DNA of 64,000 nt from a bacterium (GCA_965216635.1 OZ244188.1:2240001-2304000), one strand, 5' to 3'. Counted from the first letter of the stretch, positions 39,882-50,857 are shown. The notes: generated by a model from the letters alone, not told the origin. Program-made: numbers and translations.

Positions 39882-41285
39882 TTATATGTCAAAATAATTA
39901 TCAATTTTTTCTCTCACTTCTTGTATTAACCTTTTCTTTTCGTCTTTCAAGCTAAAAGCTTCTTTTACTAATTTTGTAATTTTAGCAATAGAATTTTCAT
40001 CTAAAATCGGGATTTCAATTTCTTTTAATCTTTCTTCTCTTAAGTGCGGAATTGTAGACGCTACCACAGTTCTTCTTATTGCAGGAATCAATCCTGTTTC
40101 TTTAAGTGAAAGTATAGTAAATAAATATTCTTGGGTGATATTATTTGATTTTGCCGCTTGGTTTAATTTGATTTTTGCAAATCCAGAAGCAACTACTACT
40201 TTATCATATTTTGATATAATCGCAGTTTCACCTATTATACCATCTTTTGAAAAAACTATATCTCCATTAGTAGCTTCATTGTTTAATGTGCTAGCTAATT
40301 TATTTGAAACAAAATAATCAGGAAAAATATCTATTTCATTATTTGTAATATCTGAGGTTCTAATAAATGCAAAATCTTCTTTTTTTTTAAATAACTCAGT
40401 TTTGTAATTATTGCTTCCAACTTCTATTCCTTTTTTAATAATAGAAATAGAACCTAATTTGACACATTTAAATTTATTTTTTATTTCATCTTCAATTTTT
40501 GTGTATCTTGGTAGATGTGACCTTCCGTTCCAAATACCAAAATTTTGAATTGATGATAAATTGACTGAAAAAAAAATATTTTTATTATCAAACTTTATAT
40601 CCAATTTATTTCTCAAAATAGCCTGTGCTTTTTTTATGTTGTTAATTGCATTTCTATTATTACTAACAATAGTTTTAGTCTTTTCTTCTATTGATTTTAA
40701 AATATTCTTCTCTGGAATAAATACTCTCATCTCTTTTAACTGTGAATGAGTCATCTCCACTCTTGTAACCCCATGAGTAGCTAATCCAGTTTGGGCTTTA
40801 TAAAATTTTGAATTTAGATATCCAATTAAATAATATGGAGACACTTCATTACTATTTATAGTTATTTTTGATATATGTTGACTTATTACAAAATTTTCAT
40901 TCGCTTCATCTACAATGCTTGCAACTCCTAATTTTTCAATTGTAGCTTGTGTTCTTCCCATAACAATATCGTTTTTTTGCACTCTAATTTTTACTGGAAC
41001 ATTTTTTAGGACAAAAACAAAACTTTTTTCTCGTTCATCTATTGCAAATGGTTTAATGTTCCCAACTCTTATATATGGGACGCCTTTTGACTTATTTATG
41101 TAAGTATCAATGTAGCTACCACTTGATATTTTAGTATTTAGCTCACCAAGAGTTTTAACTTTACAAATACTTTTACTTTCAAGTTTGGTAAAGATATGAT
41201 TTAAAAAAAAGTATTTTACATCAAGACGTTCGCTTTTTGAATTTACAATTTCAGTTTTGAACGTGGTGATAATTTTTAATGTCAT
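39882..41285 (-). CDS. Restriction-modification specificity (S) subunit
   Basis: Two TRD-like halves (PYIRVGNI / AFIRTSDI, DIV, YL..YLNS, LKEIEIP); ATGA overlap with the methylase gene. Confidence 0.8.
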   Translation of the reverse strand: MTLKIITTFKTEIVNSKSERLDVKYFFLNHIFTKLESKSICKVKTLGELNTKISSGSYIDTYINKSKGVPYIRVGNIKPFAIDEREKSFVFVLKNVPVKIRVQKNDIVMGRTQATIEKLGVASIVDEANENFVISQHISKITINSNEVSPYYLIGYLNSKFYKAQTGLATHGVTRVEMTHSQLKEMRVFIPEKNILKSIEEKTKTIVSNNRNAINNIKKAQAILRNKLDIKFDNKNIFFSVNLSSIQNFGIWNGRSHLPRYTKIEDEIKNKFKCVKLGSISIIKKGIEVGSNNYKTELFKKKEDFAFIRTSDITNNEIDIFPDYFVSNKLASTLNNEATNGDIVFSKDGIIGETAIISKYDKVVVASGFAKIKLNQAAKSNNITQEYLFTILSLKETGLIPAIRRTVVASTIPHLREERLKEIEIPILDENSIAKITKLVKEAFSLKDEKKRLIQEVREKIDNYFDI

Positions 41286-43063
41286 CGTGAAATTTTAAAA
41301 AGTAAATTTATTTTGTTTTTCCATTCTTTAAAATTTTTCGTAACATTGATTATATCATCACCTTCTATTTTTTTACCTCTTCTATCATGTCCGCAGTATT
41401 CTGCTACAGCCATAAATATTGGGTAGTCTTTTGGAATTGTATTTTTGGGTAATTTTTGAAGTACTATTATGGACGTTTTTGTACCTGTGTTTGGTAAAAA
41501 TGTTTCCAAAGGGAGATCAATAATAGCAATAATTCTACCTTGTTTTAAAAGCCAATTTCTTATATAGGCTAAACTTTCATTTCCATAAATACCATCAGGC
41601 AAAACTATTGCCATTCTTCCTCCATCTCTTAATAATTGAAAACATCTTTCAATAAAAAGAATTTGAGGAGCTTCTTTACCTTTGAGGTTTCCTTTTTCCC
41701 ATTCACCTGTTTTTTTATCTTGTTTCCATTTATACCCTAACTCAAATTGTTTGAGTTTGTCTTCTCCACTAACAGGAATTTTTGCACCAAAGGGGGGGGT
41801 TGTAAGTAAAACATCAAAAGTATTTAATTTGATCTTTTGTTTTGTAATCTCTTTCCAATTATCAAAAGTTTCCAAACTATCATCACAAACAACACCACTT
41901 GTGCCATCTCCAATGAGAGTCATATAGGCTTTGGTAACTTTGGAAAGAAATCCATCTTTATCTATACCTCTAAACTTATTTGTAGCAACTTTTAGTTTTT
42001 CTGTATTGATTTCATTTTCTGACCAATTATAGTCTTCACCTTTTTTATCAATTTTTTTCCAAACATGCTTCAAGGCTTCAATCAAAAAACCACCACTACC
42101 GCAGGCTGGATCTATAATTAAATCCTCTTCTGTAGGATCTAAAATTTCCACCATCATTTTAACAACATTTCTTGGAGTAAAAAACTGTCCCTGTCCTCCT
42201 TTTAAAGCTTTTCCAATAAATGTTTCAAAAGCGTCTGCAATTACATCTCTTTCAGTTTCCATTAAACAATATTTTTGTAGTTCTCCTACAACATAAGCAA
42301 TAGATTTATCATCTAATTCTATTACATCACTGTCATCTAAAACGTCTTTGTATTTTATTTTCACTTTAGCAAAAATTTCTAAAATTCTTTTTTTCACAAC
42401 TTCGGTATCTTCCCCTACACCTGCTCTAAAAGTAATTATATCTTCTTTTTTTGTATTTTTTTCGTCGTAAAGTTTACAGAAAATAAGATTGATAAGCTGT
42501 TGCGCTAAAGGTTCATCTCTTGTGGATTCTTTTGCATTAGCGGCTAAATAATTTCTAATTGTTTTGAAAGTTGCTTTTAGGTTATGAGTAGATTTAAGAT
42601 CTTTTCTCTTAAATTTTCCAATATCTTCTAATCTCTGTTTATATATTGGAATATTGGGGATTTCTTCAAATTCAACCCTTCCTTTTTTTTCAAATTTTCT
42701 TAAAAAAATTCTTTCTTCACCATTAAACCAGACTCCTAAAAAAGCTCTAGAAAATCTTAAATAATCTTGAAGTTGTGTTTTTCCGTCTTGTTTGTTTTTT
42801 TTTTTACACTCTACAATTATATAAATATCGTCTTCTTGTTTTTCGTCGTTTGAAAAAACAGCAATATCTACAGAATATTCTTTTTTTGCATCAGAAGGTC
42901 TGACTCTTACCCTAAATTGAGGTCTTGTTTGGATATACCTCTTTGGATAGCCGTAATCTTCTACTAGTTGTTTAGCGAAAACTTGAACTGCTTCAAGTTC
43001 CTCTGAAGTAGCTCTTACTTGCTGACCTGAAACAAAATCAACTATATAATCTTTTTTATCCAT
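41282..43063 (-). CDS. Fused endonuclease-N6 methyltransferase (type IIB/IIG-like RM subunit)
   Basis: N-terminal VDIAVF..IVECKK nuclease motif; GQFFTPR, DPACGSGGFL; motif IV reads TPPF instead of NPPF. Confidence 0.85.
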   Translation of the reverse strand: MDKKDYIVDFVSGQQVRATSEELEAVQVFAKQLVEDYGYPKRYIQTRPQFRVRVRPSDAKKEYSVDIAVFSNDEKQEDDIYIIVECKKKNKQDGKTQLQDYLRFSRAFLGVWFNGEERIFLRKFEKKGRVEFEEIPNIPIYKQRLEDIGKFKRKDLKSTHNLKATFKTIRNYLAANAKESTRDEPLAQQLINLIFCKLYDEKNTKKEDIITFRAGVGEDTEVVKKRILEIFAKVKIKYKDVLDDSDVIELDDKSIAYVVGELQKYCLMETERDVIADAFETFIGKALKGGQGQFFTPRNVVKMMVEILDPTEEDLIIDPACGSGGFLIEALKHVWKKIDKKGEDYNWSENEINTEKLKVATNKFRGIDKDGFLSKVTKAYMTLIGDGTSGVVCDDSLETFDNWKEITKQKIKLNTFDVLLTTPPFGAKIPVSGEDKLKQFELGYKWKQDKKTGEWEKGNLKGKEAPQILFIERCFQLLRDGGRMAIVLPDGIYGNESLAYIRNWLLKQGRIIAIIDLPLETFLPNTGTKTSIIVLQKLPKNTIPKDYPIFMAVAEYCGHDRRGKKIEGDDIINVTKNFKEWKNKINLLFKISR

Positions 43064-43096
43064 TGTAGATTGATGAGTTAATTAAAATTTAACTTT

Positions 43097-44578
43097 TTAA
43101 AACAAGATTAAAATTTGTTTCACATATACCTCAAACCATTGGAAAAAGAATTTTGGATAAATACCAATCCAAAATATAGCGATCAAAGAAGGCAATAGAA
43201 TACAAAATTCTATTAAACTTAGATCTTTTTTCGTGCGGAAAGAGTTTTCTGGAATAGCACCAAAAAAAATTTTCTGATTTATTCTAAGCATATAAGCGGC
43301 AGAAAGTATTAACCCCAAAGCAGCGAATACAGCAAAGGAAGCTACAGTTTGAAAACTACCGACGAGGATTGTGAACTCACCAACAAATCCATTGGTGCTA
43401 GGAAAACCAATAGATGCCAAGGTGAATATAAAAAAAACAAAACAAAATTTAGGGATTATCCTAGCTAAACCAAAAAAACTACCTACTTGAACAGTCTTAA
43501 AATGGGTATACAAAAAACTTAAAACCAAAAAAAGAGAAGTGGTGATTAAACTATGGTTAATGATTTGTAAAATAGCCCCGTTCCAAGCGAGGGAATGAAA
43601 AGAAAAAACACCTACCAAAATCAACCCAAGGTGGGACATAGAAGAGTAGGCAATCACCATTTTTAAATCTTTTTGGATCATCGCGATAGACGCAGCGTAT
43701 AAAATACTCATAACAGCAAAAACGAGAAAAATAGTTGTGTAGTCTTGTGCAGCTGATGGAAACAAGGGAATAGCCAAACGAAAAAAACCATAAATTCCCA
43801 TTTTAGAAAGTAGTGCTGACATAAAAATTGTCCCCATCCAAGGAGCATTTTTGTAAGCAGCGGGCATCCAGAAATGGAATGGAAATAAAGGGATTTTTAC
43901 CGCAAAAGCAATTGCAAAAGCCCAAAAGAAAATTCCTTCCCAATTCCCCAAATTTAAGTTTTGCCATAGATTCATATCAAAGCTAAATTCGCCTGTTTGT
44001 TGAAAATAGAGAATTCCCAAAACCAAAATAGCAAGGAGCATTAAAAAAGAAGCTCCCATAGTGAAAATAAAAAACTGCAAAGCAGATTTGACTCTATGCT
44101 CCCCACCCCAAAGCACTATAATAAAATAAGTAGGGATTAAAACCAGCTCCCAAAAAATATAAAACAGGAAAATATCTACTGCTAAAAAAACTCCAAGTAA
44201 CCCCGCTTGTAGTATTAAAAGTTGAATACAAAGCCATTTATCTTGACTAATTTTCGCATCTTCACTCAAATAACTATTCCATCCTCCCCAACAAACTATA
44301 GGAAAAATAAGCAATACAAGCAGACACATCACTAGGCTAATGCCGTCTATTCCTAAATGATAAGAAATTCCTAAAAAAGAAATCCAATCCAGTTTTTCTA
44401 CAAACTGGTAACCTACTTTCTGAGTATCAAATAAAAAAGCTAGATACAAACCACAACCCAAAGCTAACAACTGAAAAAAAAGTATCGCGTAACGAAAAAT
44501 TGCTTTCCGTTCTTTTGGTAGCAAGATTAAAAATAAAAACCCTACAATAGGTATGAATAAAATAAAACTTAGAATCAT
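43097..44578 (-). CDS. nuoM: NADH-quinone oxidoreductase subunit M
   Basis: LGIDGIS, FYIFWE, AVKIPLFPFH, KMGIYG, IAYSSMSH, GFVGEF. Confidence 0.93.
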   Translation of the reverse strand: MILSFILFIPIVGFLFLILLPKERKAIFRYAILFFQLLALGCGLYLAFLFDTQKVGYQFVEKLDWISFLGISYHLGIDGISLVMCLLVLLIFPIVCWGGWNSYLSEDAKISQDKWLCIQLLILQAGLLGVFLAVDIFLFYIFWELVLIPTYFIIVLWGGEHRVKSALQFFIFTMGASFLMLLAILVLGILYFQQTGEFSFDMNLWQNLNLGNWEGIFFWAFAIAFAVKIPLFPFHFWMPAAYKNAPWMGTIFMSALLSKMGIYGFFRLAIPLFPSAAQDYTTIFLVFAVMSILYAASIAMIQKDLKMVIAYSSMSHLGLILVGVFSFHSLAWNGAILQIINHSLITTSLFLVLSFLYTHFKTVQVGSFFGLARIIPKFCFVFFIFTLASIGFPSTNGFVGEFTILVGSFQTVASFAVFAALGLILSAAYMLRINQKIFFGAIPENSFRTKKDLSLIEFCILLPSLIAIFWIGIYPKFFFQWFEVYVKQILILF

Positions 44579-44595
44579 TATGTAAAAACCTCTGT

Positions 44596-46494
44596 TTAAA
44601 GGATGAGATAAATTAAAATCACAACCCCCAATAAAATTGTCACTGTGTAGCGGAAAAATTTACCATTTTGCCATAAACTTAAAGCCCCTGCTAAAAAATA
44701 AGCACTATTGCTGAAAATTTTAGAACACTGAGGAAAAATTTTTTTTTCTACAAGCTGCAAAAAAATATTTTGTGAAAGAATTTGCAAAGGTTTAATTAAA
44801 ATGAAATTGTAAAGCCGTTCAATATAAAATTTATTTTCTGCAATTTTATAAAAGAAATTAGCTAGAAAGTTGAATTTTTCTTTTTTAGTGACACGATAAT
44901 ATTTAGCCCTCATCCACAACATACCCAACAAAGCTAGAACAACAGATATTGTCACGATTAGCAATTCTGCTTGTTGAGAGACTGGAGGAGTGACGAAAGA
45001 TGCTATAAAAAAAGAATGAAAATAACTAGAAAACAGATTTTTCAATCCTAAAAAATGAGGCAAGCCTAAAAAGCCTATCAAAATAGAGCTACCTGCTAAA
45101 ACTAACAAAACAGAGTGCATGGTTAAAGGTAGTTTTTTAGGAGTATGCAGTAACTTTTCATCGGAATAAAAAATCAAATTCATCATACGATAAGTGTAGA
45201 TAGAAGAGAAAAAAACTGTCAAAATTCCTACTCCTAAAAACCATTGTGCGTAAAAAGAGCCTTGATAAACCTGCCACAAAATTTCATCCTTACTAAAAAA
45301 TCCAGAAGCTAAAGGTAGCCCAGCCAAACACCAAGCCCCTATAGAAAAAGGTAACCATATTTGAGGTATTTTTTTTTTCAAAGCACCCATTTTTCTTAGA
45401 TCCTGTTCGTGGTGCAATACATAAATCAAAGCACCCGCGCTCAAAAAGAGCAGTGCCTTAAAAAAAGCGTGAGTAGTCAAATGGAAAATGGCACTAGAAA
45501 AGGCACCCACCCCTAAAGCCATAAACATATACCCGAGTTGGCTAATAGTAGAATAAGCTAAAATTTTTTTCACATCGTTTTGCACAGTCGCTATCAAAGA
45601 GCCGAGCAAAGCTGTAGTTGTGCCTACGATGAGTATGATAGACAATACTAAAGGTGATAGAATAAAAAGAAAATGAAACTTTGCCAATAGATAAATTCCG
45701 GCTGTCACCATTGTAGCAGCGTGAATCAAGGCAGACACTGGCGTTGGTGCCTCCATAGCGTCTGGCAACCAAATATGCAGAGGTATTTGAGCCGACTTTG
45801 CTGTAGCGCTCAAAAACAACAACAGAGTCAGCCAGTTAATCCAAATCTGATCAGGTTGTGAATTTGCGAGACTGCTTTTTATAGCAGAAATTTCAAAACT
45901 ACTAAACAAAGCAAAAGCAAGCATTAAGGTTATTACAAAACAAAAATCTCCAATACGATTAACTACAAAGGCTTTTTTAGCAGCTTTTGCTGCAGCATCT
46001 TTTTCCAGATAAAACCCAATCAAAAGATAAGAGCAAAGCCCCACCCCTTCCCATCCCAAAAATAAAAAAACAAGATTGTCTGCCATCACTAAAATAAGCA
46101 TAAAAAAGACAAACAAATTCAAAAAACTAAAAAAACGAGCATTAGAATTTTCGTTTTTCATATAGCCTATGGAATAGAGATGGATTAAAAAACCCACGCC
46201 TGTAATAATCAACACCATCACAAAAGAAAGAGAATCCAAAAGAAAACTTACCGCTACTTGAAAATCTCCAATTTCTAGCCAAGGATAAAAATAATATTCA
46301 AAATTTTGCTCCCCAAAATTATCCGCACCACTCAAAAAAGAAGAAAAAAGAAAGAGACAAAGCACAAAAGAGCAAAAAACACTCGCTGTGCCGATAATGC
46401 CAGTTTGCACCCTTTTTAATTTTTGTCCTAAAAAGAGTAAAAACAAAGAGCTCAACAATGGGAAAAAAGGTATGAGGATTAGAATATTAGACAT
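44596..46494 (-). CDS. nuoL: NADH-quinone oxidoreductase subunit L
   Basis: GWEGVGLCSYLLIGF, NRIGD, KSAQIPLHIWLPDAMEAPTPVSALIHAATMV, HAFFKALLF. Confidence 0.95.
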   Translation of the reverse strand: MSNILILIPFFPLLSSLFLLFLGQKLKRVQTGIIGTASVFCSFVLCLFLFSSFLSGADNFGEQNFEYYFYPWLEIGDFQVAVSFLLDSLSFVMVLIITGVGFLIHLYSIGYMKNENSNARFFSFLNLFVFFMLILVMADNLVFLFLGWEGVGLCSYLLIGFYLEKDAAAKAAKKAFVVNRIGDFCFVITLMLAFALFSSFEISAIKSSLANSQPDQIWINWLTLLLFLSATAKSAQIPLHIWLPDAMEAPTPVSALIHAATMVTAGIYLLAKFHFLFILSPLVLSIILIVGTTTALLGSLIATVQNDVKKILAYSTISQLGYMFMALGVGAFSSAIFHLTTHAFFKALLFLSAGALIYVLHHEQDLRKMGALKKKIPQIWLPFSIGAWCLAGLPLASGFFSKDEILWQVYQGSFYAQWFLGVGILTVFFSSIYTYRMMNLIFYSDEKLLHTPKKLPLTMHSVLLVLAGSSILIGFLGLPHFLGLKNLFSSYFHSFFIASFVTPPVSQQAELLIVTISVVLALLGMLWMRAKYYRVTKKEKFNFLANFFYKIAENKFYIERLYNFILIKPLQILSQNIFLQLVEKKIFPQCSKIFSNSAYFLAGALSLWQNGKFFRYTVTILLGVVILIYLIL

Positions 46495-46727
46495 AAAAAT
46501 AAATATAGAAAGCTTTGAATTAAGTATTTATTTTAACCCTAAAAAAAAATTAAAAGCAATACAAAAGCCTCTAAAAACAATTAAAACAAAAAAAAATTGT
46601 AAAAAATAAAAAGATGCCAATAGTCACTAAATACTATTGACAAGAAAATTTTTTTCTGCAAATATTTTATAAAAATAAGCAGAAACACTACAAAACTGCA
46701 GGGGACATTTTTATAATAGCATAACAT

Positions 46728-46903
46728 GTAGAGACGCCCTATAGGGCGTCTTATACGATGTGCATAAACCACAAAAAGCAGTTTTTAATAAACGTTCTAA
46801 ATTTATGAGACGCCCATATAGGACGTCTCTACAGACCTACATATTTTAATAAACGTTCTAAATTTATGAGACGCCCATATAGGACGTCTCTACAGACCTA
46901 CAT
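46728..46903. repeat. GTAG-type REP-like palindrome cluster: one forward, two reverse (61-bp period)
   Basis: GTAG-AGACGCCC-TATA-GGGCGTCT at 46728; reverse copies at 46805 and 46866. Confidence 0.8.
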
Positions 46904-47001
46904 AAAATAAAAAATACCCCCCTGCAATGTATTTGTTTTTTTTATTTGCTTTTAAAGTGTTTTTCTGTAATTATTTTTATAAAAATAAGCAGAAAAAATA
47001 A

Positions 47002-47246
47002 AAAACTTTTGAATTAGCGTTCTGTTTAGCCAAAACAAGCTTATTGCTTGACGCTTTTTGTGGGCTATTTGTGAAACAGCCAAAGGGCTGTTTCACAGTT
47101 CATTCTTGCTTAATGCAAGGTTTATAGTGTTTTTTACTACGCCATTAAAAAAAAATTTTAACTCTTGAAATATTACATATATTCCTGCGAGCTAAAATTT
47201 TTTTTTGCCTTGCCTAGCCGTCACATAACGCAAATTCAAAGGTCTA
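47002..47246. mobile_element. MITE-like element (family A, long form)
   Basis: AAACTTTTGAATTAGC ... GCAAATTCAAAGGTCTA; hairpin 47071-47096. Confidence 0.7.
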
Positions 47247-47335
47247 TAAAAAACTGCCAACAACCAATAGTTTGCTATTATTGTTTTTTTCTGTTACTTT
47301 TTAATTTAATACTAACTTTTTCATTACAAATAATT

Positions 47336-48703
47336 ATGAAAAACACAAATTCCCAAGTTTTAAGGAAAACTTTCGCTTTTTCGCTGGCTCGTTTTACTTT
47401 GGTTCGTTTCGTTTTGGCTCGTTTCGTTTTGGCAGCTATTCTTATTCCCGCTCTTCTTATAGGAAGTGCCTTTACTTTTGGAGGCAGCAATCTGCAAGCA
47501 CAGGCGGTTCAAAGCAGCCCAAATGGTCAGAGCAGCAAACAGGGATTTTTCGTTGGCATTGTCTATCTAAATGGTTTTAAAGTGGATAGCACAAAAACTG
47601 TCACCACAAATATCACAACTATTACTGACGCTACTACTACAGGCTATAAAATAGATAGAAATAGTGGCAATAACGGCTATGGAGCGACGACCTCTAGCAT
47701 AGACGCCGCTGGTGGTGTTACTGGCTGGACCCCTGCACAAGAAACTGGAGTCAGAACTTTAGTAGAGGAAAACTGTAAAGATGGTAAAACAACAAGTGTT
47801 GATATAAAGGAAGATGGAGAATACTTTTTCGGAGTTAATAATTTTACTTCCTTTGATCCTGGTGCAAAACCGTCTACAACTGATATTGCTGCTGGAGATG
47901 CTACTGTAACTCTAGGCAAGGGCGGCTCCTTTTCAATAGGAAAGGGGCAAAACAAATCCTATTGTTACGTATACTTTTCCAAAAATAATCTTTCAGAATA
48001 TCAGATTGCGACTCCAGATTCAACTCCAGCTCCAACTTCTATGACTGAATATCCAAGAACCACTAGCACCAAGGGCGATAAACTCTCAGGTATTGGTCTG
48101 CAATTCGGCTTTAGGTGGGAAAAATGGAGAGCCTCCTTGACTCACTTCACTGGCAAGGGGGGAGCTAACGAGCTCGCCAATACACTAGTTATGGCGGATT
48201 ATTTTGTCAACAAGGGTCTTTTTGTAGGAGGCGGTCTAGCGAGTATGAAGCTTACCAATAGCTTAACTAGCGGCTCTGCCACAAGTCCCGCGGTGCGAAT
48301 CGGCTATAAAAAGAACTTAACCTCCAACCTGTCGCTCAATTTTGGCTTGACGAAGTATATCTCGGGTGTTTCTCTAAACCATACGGCTACGGCTACGGAT
48401 ACGGATGTGACTCCTGCTCCTGAAACTATTTCCATTTACGAAGTCAAAAAACAGACTGCAAGTGATTCAGCAACAATTGGAGCTCTCAGTCAAATTCCTG
48501 GCGGTGACACGAGATTCGTATTCCTTGCGAGAGATTTGGATTACAGAATAGAAGTGACCCAAGTCCTCAGCAGAACTGTATATATAGACAAATTCCAGAT
48601 TCCAGCAGGAGCCTCAGAAACTAAGACAACCACAACCACCGAGACCGATGCCGAACTCAAAGCACCCCTCGTCATCAGCCTCTCCCTCCATTTGAGTTTT
48701 TAA
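47336..48703 (+). CDS. Variable outer-membrane beta-barrel family protein
   Basis: Likely start MKNTNS at 47336; signal region ending LQA-Q, KQGFFVG, GIGLQFGFRW, terminal LHLSF. Confidence 0.8.
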   Translation: MKNTNSQVLRKTFAFSLARFTLVRFVLARFVLAAILIPALLIGSAFTFGGSNLQAQAVQSSPNGQSSKQGFFVGIVYLNGFKVDSTKTVTTNITTITDATTTGYKIDRNSGNNGYGATTSSIDAAGGVTGWTPAQETGVRTLVEENCKDGKTTSVDIKEDGEYFFGVNNFTSFDPGAKPSTTDIAAGDATVTLGKGGSFSIGKGQNKSYCYVYFSKNNLSEYQIATPDSTPAPTSMTEYPRTTSTKGDKLSGIGLQFGFRWEKWRASLTHFTGKGGANELANTLVMADYFVNKGLFVGGGLASMKLTNSLTSGSATSPAVRIGYKKNLTSNLSLNFGLTKYISGVSLNHTATATDTDVTPAPETISIYEVKKQTASDSATIGALSQIPGGDTRFVFLARDLDYRIEVTQVLSRTVYIDKFQIPAGASETKTTTTTETDAELKAPLVISLSLHLSF

Positions 48704-48744
48704 GAAAAAAAACTGCAGGGAACATTTTTATAATAGCATAACAT

Positions 48745-49043
48745 GTAGAGACGCCCTATAGGGCGTATTATACGATGTGCATAAACCACAAAAAGCAGTT
48801 TTTAATAAACGTTCTAAATTTATGAGACGCCCATATAGGACGTCTCTACAGACCTACATATTTTAATAAACGTTCTAAATTTATGAGACGCCCATACAGG
48901 ACGTCTCTACAGACCTACATATTTTAATAAACGTTCTAAATTTATGAGACGCCCATATAGGACGTCTCTACAGACCTACATATTTTAATAAACGTTCTAA
49001 ATTTATGAGACGCCCATATAGGACGTCTCTACAGACCTACATA
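48745..49043. repeat. REP-like cluster: one forward, four reverse (61-bp period)
   Basis: Duplicate of 46728-46903 with reverse units at 48822, 48883, 48944, 49005. Confidence 0.8.
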
Positions 49044-49140
49044 AAATAAAAAATACCTCCCTGCAACGCATTTGTTTTTTTTATTTGCTTTTAAAGTGTT
49101 TTTCTGTAATTATTTTTATAAAAATAAGCAGAAAAAATAA

Positions 49141-49385
49141 AAAACTTTTGAATTAGCGTTCTGTTTAGCCAAAACAAGCTTATTGCTTGACGCTTTTTGT
49201 GGGATATTTGTGAAACAGCCAAAGGGCTGTTTCACAGTTCATTCTTGCTTAATGCAAGGTTTATAGTGTTTTTTACTACGCCATTAAAAAAAAATTTTAA
49301 CTCTTGAAATATTACATATATTCCTGCGAGCTAAAATTTTTTTTTGCCTTGCCTAGCCGTCACATAACGCAAATTCAAAGGTCTA
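49141..49385. mobile_element. MITE-like element, near-identical to 47002-47246
   Basis: Part of the duplicated upstream block. Confidence 0.7.
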
Positions 49386-49474
49386 TAAAAAACTGCCAAC
49401 AACCAATAGTTTGCTATTATTGTTTTTTTATGTTAATTTTTATTTTAATACTAACTTTTTTATTACAAATGATT

Positions 49475-50857
49475 ATGAAAAACACAAATTCCCAAGTTTT
49501 AAGGAAAACTTTCGCTTTTTCGCTGGTTCGTTTTATTTTGGTTCGTTTTACTCTGGCTCGTTTTACTCTGGCTCGTTTTACTCTGGCTCGTTTCGTTTTG
49601 GTAGCTATTCTTATTCCCGCTCTTCTTATAGGAAGTGCCTTTACTTTTGGAGGCAGCAATCTGCAAGCCCAGGCGGTTCAAAGCAGCAGCAAGCAAGGAT
49701 TTTTCGTTGGTATTGCCTATTTAAATGGTTTTAAGGTAGATAGCAGCACTAAAACCACTGGAGTCACTGATGCTATCACTACTACTACAACAAGTACTAC
49801 CGACACATCCTATAATGTTTCCTATTCAGATATCACCACTAACATAGAAGCAGACGCTACCTACTGGGGTATAGCTATACAGAGAGGCGCAAAATCTCTT
49901 TTACAAAAAAACTGTGCGGAAGGAGCTACGAATGTTGCCCTAGGAATAGATACATATTTGTTCTCTAAAGCTACTTTTGATAGCTTTGATGAAGGCACAA
50001 GGGAGCAGGTAGGGACTACAGTCACGACAAGCGACACTAATGGCAACTATTTTTCAACCTCTAATGCATGTCTAGATTACTTTAGTTCTGATGGTTTATT
50101 TGTTTTGCCAACAGTGCCCGACGATACTACAGTGCTAGATTCAGCAGCAACAACACCACCACCAACAGACACATTGATAACAACGACCAACAAGAGCGAT
50201 AAAATCTCAGGTATTGGTCTGCAATTCGGCTTTAGGTGGGAAAAATGGAGAGCCTCCTTGACGCACTTCACTGGCAAGGGGGGAGCTAACGAGCTCGCCA
50301 ATACGCTAGTTATGGCGGATTATTTTGTAAACGAGGATTTTTTTGTAGGAGGCGGTCTAGCGAGTATGAAACTTACCAATGGTTCTGCTAGTGGCTCTGC
50401 CACAAGTCCAGCGCTTAGAGTCGGCTATAAGAGAAACTTAACCTCCAACATATCGCTCAATTTTGGCTTGACGAAGTATATCTCGGGGGTTTCTCTAAAA
50501 AACAGCACAGCTCCGACGACTACTCCCTATACTGATAGCGATTCCAATTTAGATCCTGGTACTCCAACCATCTTTGACACCAGTTTTCAGGAAGGAGAAA
50601 GATCAGCAATGGTTGGCTATATATTAAAAAGAACACCAAGTGGTACAAGTCGTGTAAATTTTGACGACACCGATAGTAAACCGAATGATTTGCGAGTACA
50701 AGCAACCCAATCTGGGAGCAGAACCGTTACTGTAGAGCAAACCATTGAGACTGTCACTACAACCACAACAGAAGGAACAATAAAAACAACTACAGAAACC
50801 GATGCCGAACTCAAAGCACCACTCGTCATCAGCATTTCCTTCCACTTGAGTTTTTAA
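49475..50857 (+). CDS. Variable outer-membrane beta-barrel family protein
   Basis: Tandem paralog of 47336-48703; likely start 49475; terminal FHLSF. Confidence 0.8.
   Translation: MKNTNSQVLRKTFAFSLVRFILVRFTLARFTLARFTLARFVLVAILIPALLIGSAFTFGGSNLQAQAVQSSSKQGFFVGIAYLNGFKVDSSTKTTGVTDAITTTTTSTTDTSYNVSYSDITTNIEADATYWGIAIQRGAKSLLQKNCAEGATNVALGIDTYLFSKATFDSFDEGTREQVGTTVTTSDTNGNYFSTSNACLDYFSSDGLFVLPTVPDDTTVLDSAATTPPPTDTLITTTNKSDKISGIGLQFGFRWEKWRASLTHFTGKGGANELANTLVMADYFVNEDFFVGGGLASMKLTNGSASGSATSPALRVGYKRNLTSNISLNFGLTKYISGVSLKNSTAPTTTPYTDSDSNLDPGTPTIFDTSFQEGERSAMVGYILKRTPSGTSRVNFDDTDSKPNDLRVQATQSGSRTVTVEQTIETVTTTTTEGTIKTTTETDAELKAPLVISISFHLSF

Noticed and set aside
47165..47335. 57-aa N-terminal extension in the ORF track (also 49304-49474)
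   Set aside because: TTG start lies inside the MITE-like element; the ATG at 47336 or 49475 gives a plausible signal peptide
48800..49043. 61-bp array as a CRISPR array
   Set aside because: Near-identical contiguous units with no spacers; fits a REP-like amplification
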